Origin: Desulfuromonadales bacterium
GTDB lineage: Bacteria > Desulfobacterota > Desulfuromonadia > Desulfuromonadales > SZUA-540
Length of the DNA: 64,000 bases
Assembly (NCBI GenBank): GCA_033549025.1
Contig: JAWSUS010000015.1
Location: forward strand, 1-64,000
Reading direction: 5' to 3'
The position numbers were made by a program, and so were the translations under genes. Positions within the stretch are counted from its first letter, which is position 1, and every line of letters starts with the position of its first letter. Below are positions 8,790 through 18,715 of the stretch, in pieces. The notes under the pieces are model-generated. The model was not told where the DNA came from. It searched no databases and saw nothing but the letters and a program-made list of their open reading frames with translations.

Positions 8790-10688
8790 ATGATAACCGC
8801 CAGCCCTACAACGCTTTTCGACGTTTTAATCCAAAGCTATCGGCAGTTTCCCCAGCGGACCGCATTTATCTACCGGGCGGCCGGCGAAGAGTTCTCCGTC
8901 ACCTACGAAAAGCTCTTCGACGATGTCCTGCTGCTGGCCCGCGCCTTTCGGGAGAAGAAGATCGGCCACGGCTCCAAGGTCATGCTCCTCTCCGACAACC
9001 GCTACGGCTGGATGGTTACCGACCTGGCCCTCATCGCCCTGGGCGCCATCAGCGTGCCGCGCGGCAGCGATACGCCGACGCGGGAGCTGGAATTCATCAT
9101 GACCCACTCGGACTGCGAGTTCCTGGTGGTGGAAAACGAGGAACTGTACGAACAGCACCGTGAAATGACAGATAAGCTGTCTCAGCTCAAAGTGACCTTC
9201 ATCATCGAATCCGATAGCCGGCACAAGCTTTTTCAGCCCGTCTATGCCTACCAGGATCTGCTGCAGGACCGCACCATCACCCCCGAGGAACTGCAGGCGT
9301 TTATCCTCAGCAGCGCCCAGCGGCGGCCGGAAGATACCGTCACCCTGGTCTACACCTCCGGCACCACCGGGATGCCCAAAGGGGTGGTACTGACCCACCG
9401 CAATCTCATGCACCAGATCGCCAGCCTGCCGTCCATTATCGCCCTGACGGAGGAGGATCGCTGGCTCTCCATCCTGCCGTCCTGGCATATCTTCGAGCGC
9501 ACGGCCGAATATATCGCCCTGGCTGCGGGCAGCTGCATCGTCTATTCGACCCTGAAGACCTTCGCCGATGACCTGGTCACCTATCAGCCGACCCTGGTGG
9601 CCACCGTGCCGCGCCTGTGGGAGTCCCTCTACAGCAAAATCAACGCGGCCCTCGAGAAGCAGAGCAAGAAGAAGGCCAAACTCTTTCGGACCCTGGTGTG
9701 GATCTCGGCCACCTTCCGGCGCCACAGCCGTCAGCTCAAGGATCACCTCCCCCGCTACGAGAAGGTCTTTTTTCTGCGCCGCTGGCTGCAGAAGCTGCGG
9801 GCCCTGGGTGCCGTCGTCCTGCTCTTCCCCCTGTACCTGCTGGCCCGCAGGAAGCTGGCCCTGGTGCAGGAAAAATTCGGCGGCCGCCTGCGGGTGGCCA
9901 TCAGCGGCGGCGGCAGTCTCCCCGACTATCTGGACGCCTGGCTCGACGCCGTCGGCATCCGCATCGCCAACGCCTACGGCATGACGGAGTGCGCCCCCGG
10001 CATCGCCGGCCGCGCCCTCGACTGTCCCATTTTTGGCACCCTGGGCAAGCCGATTGCCGGAACGGAGGTACGCATCGTCGACGAGCACGGCCAGGTGCTG
10101 CCGGCTGGTTGCGAGGGCGAGGTGCAGGTGCGCGGCCAGCAGGTCACCCCCGGCTACTACAACAACCCGGAAGAGAACGAGAAGTCCTTCACGGCCGATG
10201 GCTTCTTCAAGACCGGCGACCTGGGCAAGTTCACCCTCACCGGGGAGCTCGTGCTGTGCGGCCGCTCCAAGGAGATCATCGTGCTGGCCAGCGGCGAAAA
10301 CATCGACCCCACCCACATCGAGGCCACCATCACCATGCTCCCCTTCGTGGCCGACGCCGTGCTGGTCGGGCAGGATAAAAAAGGCCTGGGGGCCCTCATC
10401 GTCCCCGACATGGACAAACTGAAGGAATACGTGGCCGACAAGTTCAGTCACCTGGTGGGGGAAACGGAGGATTTCCTTAACGACAAGCAGGTGATGGCCA
10501 AGGTCAAGAATGAAATCAACAAGCTGCTGCACCCCAAAAAGGGCTTCAAACCCTATGAGCGCTTAAGCGGCATCAGTTTTCTGGACAAGGAATTCAAGGC
10601 GGGGGAAGAGCTGACCAACACGCTGAAGAAAAAGCGTCACGTCATTGAGCAGAAGTACAAGGAGATCATCAACAAGCTGCTGAAGTAG
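8790..10688 (+). CDS. Long-chain fatty acid-CoA ligase (AMP-dependent synthetase)
   Basis: YTSGTTGMPKG, AYGMTE, FKTGDLG, GRSKEIIVLASGENI. Confidence 0.92.
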   Translation: MITASPTTLFDVLIQSYRQFPQRTAFIYRAAGEEFSVTYEKLFDDVLLLARAFREKKIGHGSKVMLLSDNRYGWMVTDLALIALGAISVPRGSDTPTRELEFIMTHSDCEFLVVENEELYEQHREMTDKLSQLKVTFIIESDSRHKLFQPVYAYQDLLQDRTITPEELQAFILSSAQRRPEDTVTLVYTSGTTGMPKGVVLTHRNLMHQIASLPSIIALTEEDRWLSILPSWHIFERTAEYIALAAGSCIVYSTLKTFADDLVTYQPTLVATVPRLWESLYSKINAALEKQSKKKAKLFRTLVWISATFRRHSRQLKDHLPRYEKVFFLRRWLQKLRALGAVVLLFPLYLLARRKLALVQEKFGGRLRVAISGGGSLPDYLDAWLDAVGIRIANAYGMTECAPGIAGRALDCPIFGTLGKPIAGTEVRIVDEHGQVLPAGCEGEVQVRGQQVTPGYYNNPEENEKSFTADGFFKTGDLGKFTLTGELVLCGRSKEIIVLASGENIDPTHIEATITMLPFVADAVLVGQDKKGLGALIVPDMDKLKEYVADKFSHLVGETEDFLNDKQVMAKVKNEINKLLHPKKGFKPYERLSGISFLDKEFKAGEELTNTLKKKRHVIEQKYKEIINKLLK

Positions 10689-10710
10689 AGGGGCAGCCAG
10701 CCAAAGAAGA

Positions 10711-10735
10711 CGGGGACGCCGTCATGGCGTCCCCG
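10711..10735. terminator. Hairpin between convergent genes
   Basis: cggggacgcc-gtcat-ggcgtccccg, a perfect 10-bp stem. Confidence 0.55.
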
Positions 10736-10761
10736 CGACTGGGAGAAAGAATCCGGTTGAA

Positions 10762-11145
10762 TTACCAGGGGATGCGCAGGTCGATGGATCCATACCCCGA
10801 GGGAGGAATGACCGCCCCGTAGATCACCCGCAGCATGCCGTCAGGCCCCTGACGATGATGGGCGGCGGGACGGTAATGCCCGTGTTTTTTCTGCCCATGC
10901 TTCGCCTGCTGGTGTCCCCAGCGGGGTGGCTGTTTTTTCTGGTGCTTCCCATAGGCATGGCCCTTACCAGGGTGGTTGTCATAGGGCCTGGCGCCATAGC
11001 TCCGATCCTGGCCCCGCTGATGGTGGGACACTTCCTTGACCACCACGACCTTCTTCCTGGCGTCATGGGCTTCGGCAGCCAGGGGAGCCCCGAGGGCAAA
11101 CAGACTGCCAATCAACAGTACCAACAGAGTTTTCATGGTTTTCAT
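10762..11145 (-). CDS. Secreted His/Lys/Gly-rich hypothetical protein
   Basis: Signal peptide ending AEA, low-complexity mature part with PGKGHAYGKH; ggaaaggag RBS. Confidence 0.7.
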   Translation of the reverse strand: MKTMKTLLVLLIGSLFALGAPLAAEAHDARKKVVVVKEVSHHQRGQDRSYGARPYDNHPGKGHAYGKHQKKQPPRWGHQQAKHGQKKHGHYRPAAHHRQGPDGMLRVIYGAVIPPSGYGSIDLRIPW

Positions 11146-11349
11146 GGCACGCTCCTTTCCTTTGGCAAGACATCGTACAAACGGCTTCTTTGTGGTCAAG
11201 CCTACCCCGCCCCGATCCCAATAAAAAGCCGATATCGCGGCGAATGCCCCCTGATGTCTAGTCTATTTCTCGTGATTTCGGTTAGTTGAAAACCACTACG
11301 TCGTGTTTCGGCAGGCTGTTTTTTCGGGCCGGCCCAGGAGATTTCATCC

Positions 11350-11961
11350 ATGTTTCGCTTATTTCCCCTCATCGCCATTCTTCTTTTCCTGCTGCCGGCC
11401 AGCGGCTGCAACCGCGGACCGGCCATCGCTTCTTTGCCCGAGGACGCCATCGTGCTGGCCTTCGGCGACAGCCTCACTTACGGTACCGGCGCCGGCTCGG
11501 GGGAATCCTACCCCGAAGTCCTGGCCTCCCTGCTGGGCCGCACCGTCATCAACGCCGGCGTGCCGGGAGAAACCTCGGCCCAGGGGCTGCGGCGCCTCCC
11601 GGGCGTGCTGGCGGAACACGAGCCCGACCTGGTCATCCTCTGCCACGGCGGCAATGACTTTCTGCGGCGCCTCGACCAGCAGCAGCTGGCCGCCAATCTG
11701 TCCGCCATGGTGGCCCTCATTCACGACAGCGGCGCCCAGGTCGTGGTGATCGGCGTCCCCCAGCTCGGCCTCTTTTTGCAGACCGCGCCTCTTTACGAAC
11801 AGCTGGCCGAGACCTACCGTCTGCCTTACGAAGGGGAGATCGTCGCCGACCTGCTGGGCGACCGTGACCTCAAAAGCGACTCGGTGCATCCCAACGCCGC
11901 CGGCTATCGCCAGCTGGCCCAAGCGGTCTTTCGCCTCATCGACAGGGCCCAGCGGTCCTGA
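11350..11961 (+). CDS. Arylesterase, SGNH/GDSL-family lipoprotein
   Basis: AFGDSLT, NAGVPG, GGND, D-SVHPN; lipobox ASGC. Confidence 0.9.
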   Translation: MFRLFPLIAILLFLLPASGCNRGPAIASLPEDAIVLAFGDSLTYGTGAGSGESYPEVLASLLGRTVINAGVPGETSAQGLRRLPGVLAEHEPDLVILCHGGNDFLRRLDQQQLAANLSAMVALIHDSGAQVVVIGVPQLGLFLQTAPLYEQLAETYRLPYEGEIVADLLGDRDLKSDSVHPNAAGYRQLAQAVFRLIDRAQRS

Positions 11962-12033
11962 CGGGGTGTTTCCGCCACCCGCCCATTCCGGGCTTGACCC
12001 GGGGACGACACAGGCATAAGATTCCGCTCCATC

Positions 12034-13431
12034 ATGGATACCATTCCCTCCACCAAACGCCAGCGCTCCCTGCGGGAGCTCAAAACCCTGGCCATTCTCT
12101 CCGGCCCCCTCGTCGCCGCCCAGGTCTCCCAGTCCGCCATGGGTTTCATCGACACGGTCATGGCCGGGCGGGTCGGCTCCGTCGATCTGGCCGCGGTGGC
12201 TATGGGGGCGAGCATCTGGCACCCCCTCTTTCTCTTCATGCTCGGCATCCTCATGGCCGTCACCCCTTCCGTCGCCCAGTTGCACGGCGGCGGCTTCCGT
12301 AAAGAAATGGGCCACCATGTGCGCCAGGCCCTGCTCCTTGGTCTGGTCCTGAGCCTGCTGGTCATCCCCCTGCTGCGCCACGCCGGTCCCGTCCTCACCT
12401 GGATGGAGGTCGACCCCTTGGCGGCCCCCAAGACCCTGGCTTATCTGGAAGCCATCTCCTGGGGGATGCCGGCCATCGCCGGCTTTTTCGTCCTGCGCCA
12501 CTTCAGCGAGGGGCTCTCCTGCTCGAAGCCGAGCATGATCATCAGCCTGCTGGCGCTGCCCTTCAACGCCACCGCCAACTATGTGCTCATCTACGGCAAG
12601 CTCGGCCTGCCTGCCCTCGGCGGCCCGGGCTGCGGCTGGGCTACCTCGCTGACCATGTGGTTCATGCTGCTGGGCATGTTGGTGATCGTGCGCCGAGGGA
12701 AGATCTATCGGCCGGCGCAGCTCTTCGACGCCTGGCCCCGCCCCGACTGGCAGGAGATCGGCCAGATCCTGCGCCTGGGCGTCCCCATCGGTTTTTCTCT
12801 TTTCGTCGAAGCCAGCATCTTCGCCGTCATCGCCCTGCTCATCGGCTCCCTCGGCGCCGACATCGTCGCCGCCCACCAGATCTGCCTGAGCTTTTCGACC
12901 CTTGTCTTCATGATCCCCATGAGCATCTCCAGCGCCATCTCCATCCGCGTCGGCTGGGCGGTGGGAAGCCGCGACCTGCCCCTGGCCCGCCGCGCCGGCT
13001 ACACCGGCATCGCCCTCACCGGCGTCATCGCCCTGGGCACCTCGACCCTCTGCCTGCTCTTCCCCGAACCGGTGGCGGCCATCTACACTACCAACCCCGA
13101 AGTGCGCCGCCTCGCCGTCGAACTCCTCATCCTCGGTGCCCTCTTCCAGGTATCCGATGCCATCCAGGTCAGCACCTCCGGCGCCCTGCGCGGCTTCAAG
13201 GACACCCGCACTCCCATGTTTCTACTCATCTTCGCCTACTGGGGCGTCGGCCTGCCCATCGGCTACACCCTGGGCCTCACTTCCCTGTGGGGCGAACCGA
13301 TGGGGGCGGCCGGTTTCTGGATCGGCCTCATCGCCGGCCTCACCATGGCGGCGCTGCTGCTCAGCGGACGTCTGGTGCGGGTCATCCGTAGCTATCGCCG
13401 CGCCGGGCGGACTGCGCAGCCATCCGCCTGA
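12034..13431 (+). CDS. MATE family efflux transporter (NorM-like)
   Basis: About 12 hydrophobic segments; FIDTVMAG, IYGKLGLPALG, GALRGFKDTRTP. Confidence 0.92.
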   Translation: MDTIPSTKRQRSLRELKTLAILSGPLVAAQVSQSAMGFIDTVMAGRVGSVDLAAVAMGASIWHPLFLFMLGILMAVTPSVAQLHGGGFRKEMGHHVRQALLLGLVLSLLVIPLLRHAGPVLTWMEVDPLAAPKTLAYLEAISWGMPAIAGFFVLRHFSEGLSCSKPSMIISLLALPFNATANYVLIYGKLGLPALGGPGCGWATSLTMWFMLLGMLVIVRRGKIYRPAQLFDAWPRPDWQEIGQILRLGVPIGFSLFVEASIFAVIALLIGSLGADIVAAHQICLSFSTLVFMIPMSISSAISIRVGWAVGSRDLPLARRAGYTGIALTGVIALGTSTLCLLFPEPVAAIYTTNPEVRRLAVELLILGALFQVSDAIQVSTSGALRGFKDTRTPMFLLIFAYWGVGLPIGYTLGLTSLWGEPMGAAGFWIGLIAGLTMAALLLSGRLVRVIRSYRRAGRTAQPSA

Positions 13432-13438
13432 TCCCCCC

Positions 13439-13472
13439 AAAAAAGCAGGGGCGACCTTGTAGGCCGCCCCTG
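13439..13472 (-). terminator. Intrinsic terminator for the guaC-ending operon
   Basis: caggggcgacc/ggccgcccctg stem preceded by an A-tract on + (T-tract on -). Confidence 0.6.
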
Positions 13473-13501
13473 GCGTCGAACTCTCTGCAAAATAACCCGA
13501 T

Positions 13502-14542
13502 CTAGCCGGAGAAAGTCTGGTTCTCCTGTTCCAGCACCCGGATGAAGGTGGTGCGCTTGGTGAGCTCCTTGAGGGCGGCGGCACCGACGTAGGTGCAGGC
13601 CGAACGCACGCCGCCGAGGACATCCTTGATTGTCTCGGCGAGCGGGCCCCGATAGGGAACTTCCACCGTTTTCCCTTCGGAGGCGCGGTAGTGGGCGACG
13701 CCGCCGGCGTGCTTCTCCATGGCGGTGGCCGAGCTCATGCCGTAGAAGAGTTTGTAGGCCTGGCCACCGCGCTCGACGATCTGGCCGCCGCTCTCGTCGT
13801 GGCCGGCGAACATGCCGCCGAGCATGACGAAGTCGGCCCCGCCGCCGAAGGCCTTGGCCACGTCGCCGGCACAGACGCAGCCGCCGTCGGAGATGATGCG
13901 CCCGCCGAGACCGTGGGCCGCGTCGGCGCATTCGATGACGGCGGAGAGTTGGGGATAGCCGACACCGGTCTTCACCCGGGTGGTGCAGACCGAGCCGGGC
14001 CCGATGCCGACCTTGACGATGTCGGCCCCCGACAGCAGCAGTTCTTCCACCATCTCCCCCGTCACCACGTTGCCGGCGACGATGGTCTTGTCGGGCCAGG
14101 CCTCGCGCACACGGCGGACGAACTCGACGAAGGCCTCGGCGTAGCCGTTGGCCACATCGATGCAGATGAAGGCGAGCTTGGGGTGGTCGGTCAGAATCTG
14201 CGTCAGCTTGCCGAAATCCTCCTCGGAGGTGCCGGTGCTCACCAGAATGCGCTCATAGATGTCGTCAGCCCTTCCCCGCAGCCAGGCCGCCCACTCCTCC
14301 AGGCTGTAATGCTTGTGGATGGCGGTGAGCAGACCGAAGCCGGCCAGCACCTCGGCCGCCTCGAAGGTTCCCACCGTGTCCATGTTGGCGGCGATGACGG
14401 GGATTCCCGTCCAGGTTCTGCCACTGTGCAGAAAGGTATAGGTGCGGTTCAGGTCCACCTGGGCGCGGCTTTTAAGGTTGGAGCGTTTGGGGCGGATGAG
14501 CACATCCTTGAAGCCCAGCTTAATATCGGTCTCTACGCGCAT
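13502..14542 (-). CDS. guaC: GMP reductase (E. coli-type, 346 aa)
   Basis: [52 protein letters not shown]. Confidence 0.95.
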   Translation of the reverse strand: MRVETDIKLGFKDVLIRPKRSNLKSRAQVDLNRTYTFLHSGRTWTGIPVIAANMDTVGTFEAAEVLAGFGLLTAIHKHYSLEEWAAWLRGRADDIYERILVSTGTSEEDFGKLTQILTDHPKLAFICIDVANGYAEAFVEFVRRVREAWPDKTIVAGNVVTGEMVEELLLSGADIVKVGIGPGSVCTTRVKTGVGYPQLSAVIECADAAHGLGGRIISDGGCVCAGDVAKAFGGGADFVMLGGMFAGHDESGGQIVERGGQAYKLFYGMSSATAMEKHAGGVAHYRASEGKTVEVPYRGPLAETIKDVLGGVRSACTYVGAAALKELTKRTTFIRVLEQENQTFSG

Positions 14543-14557
14543 GATTCCTCCCTGTGG

Positions 14558-16585
14558 CTAGGACGGTTCCGGTGCGAACCGTCGGACCTCGATGCGATTG
14601 TCATAAAAGGTGCTCCCCTCGCCCCGATCGGTGAGCCGCTGCGAGGTCAGCGCGTTGACGGTGCGGGCGCCGGGAGCGAATTCGCCCCACCAGACCCCTT
14701 CGGCCACGGCCACCCCCGGCGGTACCTGGTCGTCGGCCTGCAGAAAAAAGACGACCTCGCCGAGATCGTTCCAGGCCGTGACTTTCTCCCCGTATGCCAG
14801 TCCGCGGGCCGCCGCCTCATCGGGGTGCAGCCGCAGTCGCATGCCCTGTTGGCGCTCCCGCAGGGCATCCTGCTCGCCGAAGGTGCTGTTGAGCCCGAAG
14901 AGGCTGGGCGCCGTCAGCAGGCGCAAAGGGTACAGCCCTTCTTCCTCATAGCTGGGGAGATAGCGGGGCAATGGGTCAAGCTCACGCGGATTGTACAGTT
15001 CAATCCGGCCGGAAGGGGTGAGAAAGCGGCGGCGGTAGCCGTCGGGCAGACGCAGAGGAACCGCTCGGCCCTCCTGCAAGGCCGCCGTGTCGATCCCCTC
15101 GCGCAGGGAGCTGGGGATGGCGAGCAGATGGTCGATGACCTCCTCGGCGCTGTGCCGATATATCTCCTCGTCAAAACCCATGGCCCGGGCCAGCCAGGTA
15201 AAGACCTCGCGGTTGGAGCGGCTCTCGCCCACCGGCGGGATGCAGGGGCGGGCCCGCTGGATGAAGTAGGTGCCGTAGCTGCGATAGAGGTCGCTGTGCT
15301 CGACGGAAGAGGTCGCCGGCAGCACGATGTCGGCGTAGCGGGCGGTATCGGTCAAAAAACGCTCATGCACGACGGTAAAGAGATCGTCCCGGCTCAAACC
15401 CCGCAGCACGGCGTTCTGGTCGGGGGTCACGGCGGCGGGATTGGCGTGATAGACGTAGAGGGACTGGATGGGCGGCGCCTGCAGCTCGGTGAGGGCGTGG
15501 CCGAGCTGGTTCATGTTGATGAGGCGGGTGGGCGCGGCGAGCAGATCTTCGCGGGTCAGTTCGGCAGCGGCAAAGGCAGCACTGGTGGAGGTGCTGGGAA
15601 AGCAGCCGCCGCCGATCTTGCCGTAGGCGCCGACCAAGGCCGGCAGGGCGGCGATGGTGCGCACGGTCATGGCGCCGTTGCCGTAGCGGGAGAGGCCGCT
15701 GCCGAGACGGATGCAGGGCGCCTGGGCTCCGGCGTAGGCCCGGGCCAGCTCCTCGATAAGGGCGGCCGGCAGTCCGGTGCGCCCGCTGGCCCAGATCGGC
15801 GTGCAGGCGGGCAGCACCTCGGCGGCAAACGCCTCGTAGCCCTGCACCTGCGCGGCGACAAACTTATGGTCGACCAGACCTTCGCGGGCGAAGACGTGCA
15901 TCATCGCCAGGGCCAGAGCCCCGTCGCTGCCGGGACGCAGCAGCATGACGCGGTCGGCCCCGGCGGCCGTCGGCGTCCGATAGGTATCGATGAGCCAGAC
16001 GGACGCGCCCCGACGACGGGCCTGTTGCACAAAGGGAAGATAGTGGATGTTGGTGGCAGCGGCGTTCACCCCCCAGAGTATGACCAGATCGCTCTGTACC
16101 ACTTCGTCGGGGGGCGGCACCATTGTATCCCCCATGATCGCCTGCCAGCCCGCGCCCTTGGCGGGGGAGCAGATGGTGCGGGCCAGCCGGGAGGCGCCGA
16201 GAGCGTGAAAAAAAGGATGGCCGGCGTTGCGCTGCACCAGTCCCAGGGTGCCGCCGTAGGAATAGGGCAGAATCGCCTCGCCGCCGTGCGCGGCGATGAT
16301 GGCCTGCCAGCGGTCGGCGATGCGTTCGATGGCCTCATCCCAGGTGATGGGCTCAAAGTCGCCGCTCCCCTTGGCGCCGCGGCGCAGCAGGGGGGTGGTC
16401 AGACGGCGGCGGGAGTGCACCGTGCGTTCGTAGTGCTGCATCTTCGGGCAGAGAAAGCCGCGGGTGAAGGGGTGCTCGGGATCGCCGCTCACCTTCACCA
16501 CCCGCTCCCCCGCGACCTCCACCAGCAGCCCGCAGGTGTCGGGGCAATCGTAGGGACAGACAGAACGCCGAATCATTCGGTTCAT
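14558..16585 (-). CDS. Molybdopterin (Mo/W-bisPGD) oxidoreductase of uncharacterised subfamily
   Basis: N-terminal CPYDCPDTC...C [4Fe-4S] motif, TICS ligand region, TDTARYADIVLPA, C-terminal molybdopterin-binding domain; no Tat signal. Confidence 0.88.
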   Translation of the reverse strand: MNRMIRRSVCPYDCPDTCGLLVEVAGERVVKVSGDPEHPFTRGFLCPKMQHYERTVHSRRRLTTPLLRRGAKGSGDFEPITWDEAIERIADRWQAIIAAHGGEAILPYSYGGTLGLVQRNAGHPFFHALGASRLARTICSPAKGAGWQAIMGDTMVPPPDEVVQSDLVILWGVNAAATNIHYLPFVQQARRRGASVWLIDTYRTPTAAGADRVMLLRPGSDGALALAMMHVFAREGLVDHKFVAAQVQGYEAFAAEVLPACTPIWASGRTGLPAALIEELARAYAGAQAPCIRLGSGLSRYGNGAMTVRTIAALPALVGAYGKIGGGCFPSTSTSAAFAAAELTREDLLAAPTRLINMNQLGHALTELQAPPIQSLYVYHANPAAVTPDQNAVLRGLSRDDLFTVVHERFLTDTARYADIVLPATSSVEHSDLYRSYGTYFIQRARPCIPPVGESRSNREVFTWLARAMGFDEEIYRHSAEEVIDHLLAIPSSLREGIDTAALQEGRAVPLRLPDGYRRRFLTPSGRIELYNPRELDPLPRYLPSYEEEGLYPLRLLTAPSLFGLNSTFGEQDALRERQQGMRLRLHPDEAAARGLAYGEKVTAWNDLGEVVFFLQADDQVPPGVAVAEGVWWGEFAPGARTVNALTSQRLTDRGEGSTFYDNRIEVRRFAPEPS

Positions 16586-16595
16586 AGCCTCACCT

Positions 16596-17423
16596 TCAGT
16601 TCGATTTCAGCCGCACCCCGTCCTCGCTCAGCTCCACCCGTTTCTCCTTGTAGAGACCGCCCACCGCCTTTTTGAAGACCTTCTTGCTCATCCCCAGGCG
16701 CTTCTGGATCTCCCAGGAGGGACTCTTGTCATGCAGGGGGAGGAAACCATCCTTCTGCAGGGCGGCCAGCAGGGTATTCCGGGCTTCCTCAATCCCCTCG
16801 ACGCCGCTCTGGCGCAGGGTGACGTCCAGCTTGCCGTCGGGGCGGATGGTCTTGACGTAGCCCTGCAGACGGTCGCCGCGCTTGAGGCCGCTGCGCAGCT
16901 CGTCCTTGTAGAGCAGAGCCCCGTAGAGGCCGTTGACGATCACCTTGGCGCCGAGGTCGGTGTACTGCCAGAGAATGAGCTCGACCCTGTCCCCCTCTTT
17001 GAGGTCCTTGATTTCGGGCTCCAGGCATTCATCCAGACGGGCGGTAGCCACCACGCGGCCCCGGTTGTCGAGGCAGACCTTGACCAGGTATTTGTGCCCG
17101 GTGCGCATGCGTTCGGGCTGCTCGCTGTAGGGGGCCAGTAGATCCTTCGGCATCCCCCAGTCGAGAAAGGCTCCGTGCCGGGTGACGTCCTTGACCTTGA
17201 GCAGGGCGAACTCGCCGACCTGGGCCTTGGGCAGGTTGAGGGTGGCCACGGGTTTTTCCGCGGCATCGAGAGTGACGAAGACGGGATAGACGGCCCCGAC
17301 CCTGGCGTCGGCCGGAACTTCACGGATGGGCAGCAGCACCGGCTGGGATTCCTCTCCCAGCCAGGCACCCTCTTCATCGAGACGATGGATTTTCAGGTTT
17401 TGAATGCGGCCGATTTCAAACAT
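16596..17423 (-). CDS. CvfB/YitL-family S1 RNA-binding protein
   Basis: GAFLDWG..KDLL, DLGAKV, C-terminal winged helix DKS...MSKKVFKKAVGGLYK. Confidence 0.9.
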   Translation of the reverse strand: MFEIGRIQNLKIHRLDEEGAWLGEESQPVLLPIREVPADARVGAVYPVFVTLDAAEKPVATLNLPKAQVGEFALLKVKDVTRHGAFLDWGMPKDLLAPYSEQPERMRTGHKYLVKVCLDNRGRVVATARLDECLEPEIKDLKEGDRVELILWQYTDLGAKVIVNGLYGALLYKDELRSGLKRGDRLQGYVKTIRPDGKLDVTLRQSGVEGIEEARNTLLAALQKDGFLPLHDKSPSWEIQKRLGMSKKVFKKAVGGLYKEKRVELSEDGVRLKSN

Positions 17424-17510
17424 CAGTTCCTCCTGCGGGCTTGCCCAAAAAAGACAACGCCGGGCAGAGGGCCCGGCGTCTGCCAGAGTTTCTATTATAC
17501 ACGGGTTTTC

Positions 17511-17840
17511 CTAAACGAAAGAGCAGATGTACTCCGTGACGCCTTCGGCGACTTCGATGTCAAAGGACGCATGGCCAGGTACATCGAACCAGGTGCCGGC
17601 GGTGAAGCCGATCCAGTCGCCCTGGCCGCCGATGCGGACACGACAGCTGCCCGCGATGATTTCCATCTTCTCGGGGGCCTCGGTGTTGAAGGTGTAACGG
17701 CCGGGATAGACCAGCCCGAGGGTCTTTTTACGGCCGTCGGCCAGCAGAATGCTGTGGCTGACCACCTTGCCGTCAAAGTAAATGTTGGCCTTGCAGGTCA
17801 CGGTGACCTCGGTGAAACTTTCGGGTGCCTGGTAACTCAT
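17511..17840 (-). CDS. ppnP: Pyrimidine/purine nucleoside phosphorylase (DUF1255/YaiE)
   Basis: KANIYFDGKVVS, KKTLG, YTFNT..PEKMEII, YICSF. Confidence 0.9.
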   Translation of the reverse strand: MSYQAPESFTEVTVTCKANIYFDGKVVSHSILLADGRKKTLGLVYPGRYTFNTEAPEKMEIIAGSCRVRIGGQGDWIGFTAGTWFDVPGHASFDIEVAEGVTEYICSFV

Positions 17841-17928
17841 GGGATTTCTCCTGCGCGTAAATGGGGTTCTGAGCCGGTCTAGTTATCACAAGGACGCGGC
17901 TTCCGCAAGGGAATTCCCGGCCGCCGCT

Positions 17929-18672
17929 TCAGCGCTGGCGATGCACCGCCAGATGCCCCCAGGACTGGTAGACCGACATGACCTCGAGGGCGTTGATGTT
18001 GATATGAGCAGGGACGTTGGCCACATACCAGATAATGTCGGCGATATCCTCCGGTCGCAGGGGCTCCGTGTCGGCATAGACGCCGGCGGCGCGCTCGCCA
18101 TCCCCCTTGAAGCGGACCTGGGAGAACTCCGTCTCCGCCATACCGGGAGCCAGATAGGTGACGCGGACCCGGCTGCCGAGCAGGTCGGCGCGCAGGTTGC
18201 GGCTGAACTGCTCGACAAAGGCCTTGGTCGAACCATAGACGTTGCCGCCGGGATAGGGCCAGCTGCCGGCGGTGGAGCCGATATTGATGACGTGACCGCC
18301 ATTGCGGGCGACCATGGCCGGCAGCACCGTGCGGGTGCAGTACATGAGGCCCTTGACGTTGGTATCGACCATGGTCTCCCAGTCTTCGAGGTCGACCTCC
18401 CAGGCCGGCTCCAGGCCGAGGGCGAGGCCGGCATTGTTGAGCAGCACGTCGACGGCGGGCAAATCCCCCAGGGCCTCCTGCACGGCCTGGCGCTGACGCA
18501 CGTCAAGCACCAGGGTGCGGCTGACGGCGGCGCCCAGCTCCTTCTCCAGGGTCTGCAGGCGCTCGCGACGGCGGCCGGTGAGGATGAGCTGCCAGCCTTC
18601 GGCGGCAAAACGGCGGGCGCAGGCTTCCCCGAATCCCGAGGTGGCGCCGGTGATGAGAATCGTTTTGGCCAT
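17929..18672 (-). CDS. NADP-dependent SDR oxidoreductase (YdfG-like)
   Basis: TGATSGFG, GRR, NNAGLALG, YPGGNVYGSTK, ETEFSQVRF; start ATG 18672 with aaaggag RBS. Confidence 0.9.
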   Translation of the reverse strand: MAKTILITGATSGFGEACARRFAAEGWQLILTGRRRERLQTLEKELGAAVSRTLVLDVRQRQAVQEALGDLPAVDVLLNNAGLALGLEPAWEVDLEDWETMVDTNVKGLMYCTRTVLPAMVARNGGHVINIGSTAGSWPYPGGNVYGSTKAFVEQFSRNLRADLLGSRVRVTYLAPGMAETEFSQVRFKGDGERAAGVYADTEPLRPEDIADIIWYVANVPAHININALEVMSVYQSWGHLAVHRQR

Positions 18673-18715
18673 CGTGGCAATCTCCTTTCGGAAAATATAA
18701 AGACAGGGGCGGCAA

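Noticed and set aside
13691..16675. 994-aa ORF on the + strand (and similar long antisense ORFs at 8826, 34161, 38632, 41388)
   Set aside because: Shadows of clearly identifiable genes on the opposite strand.
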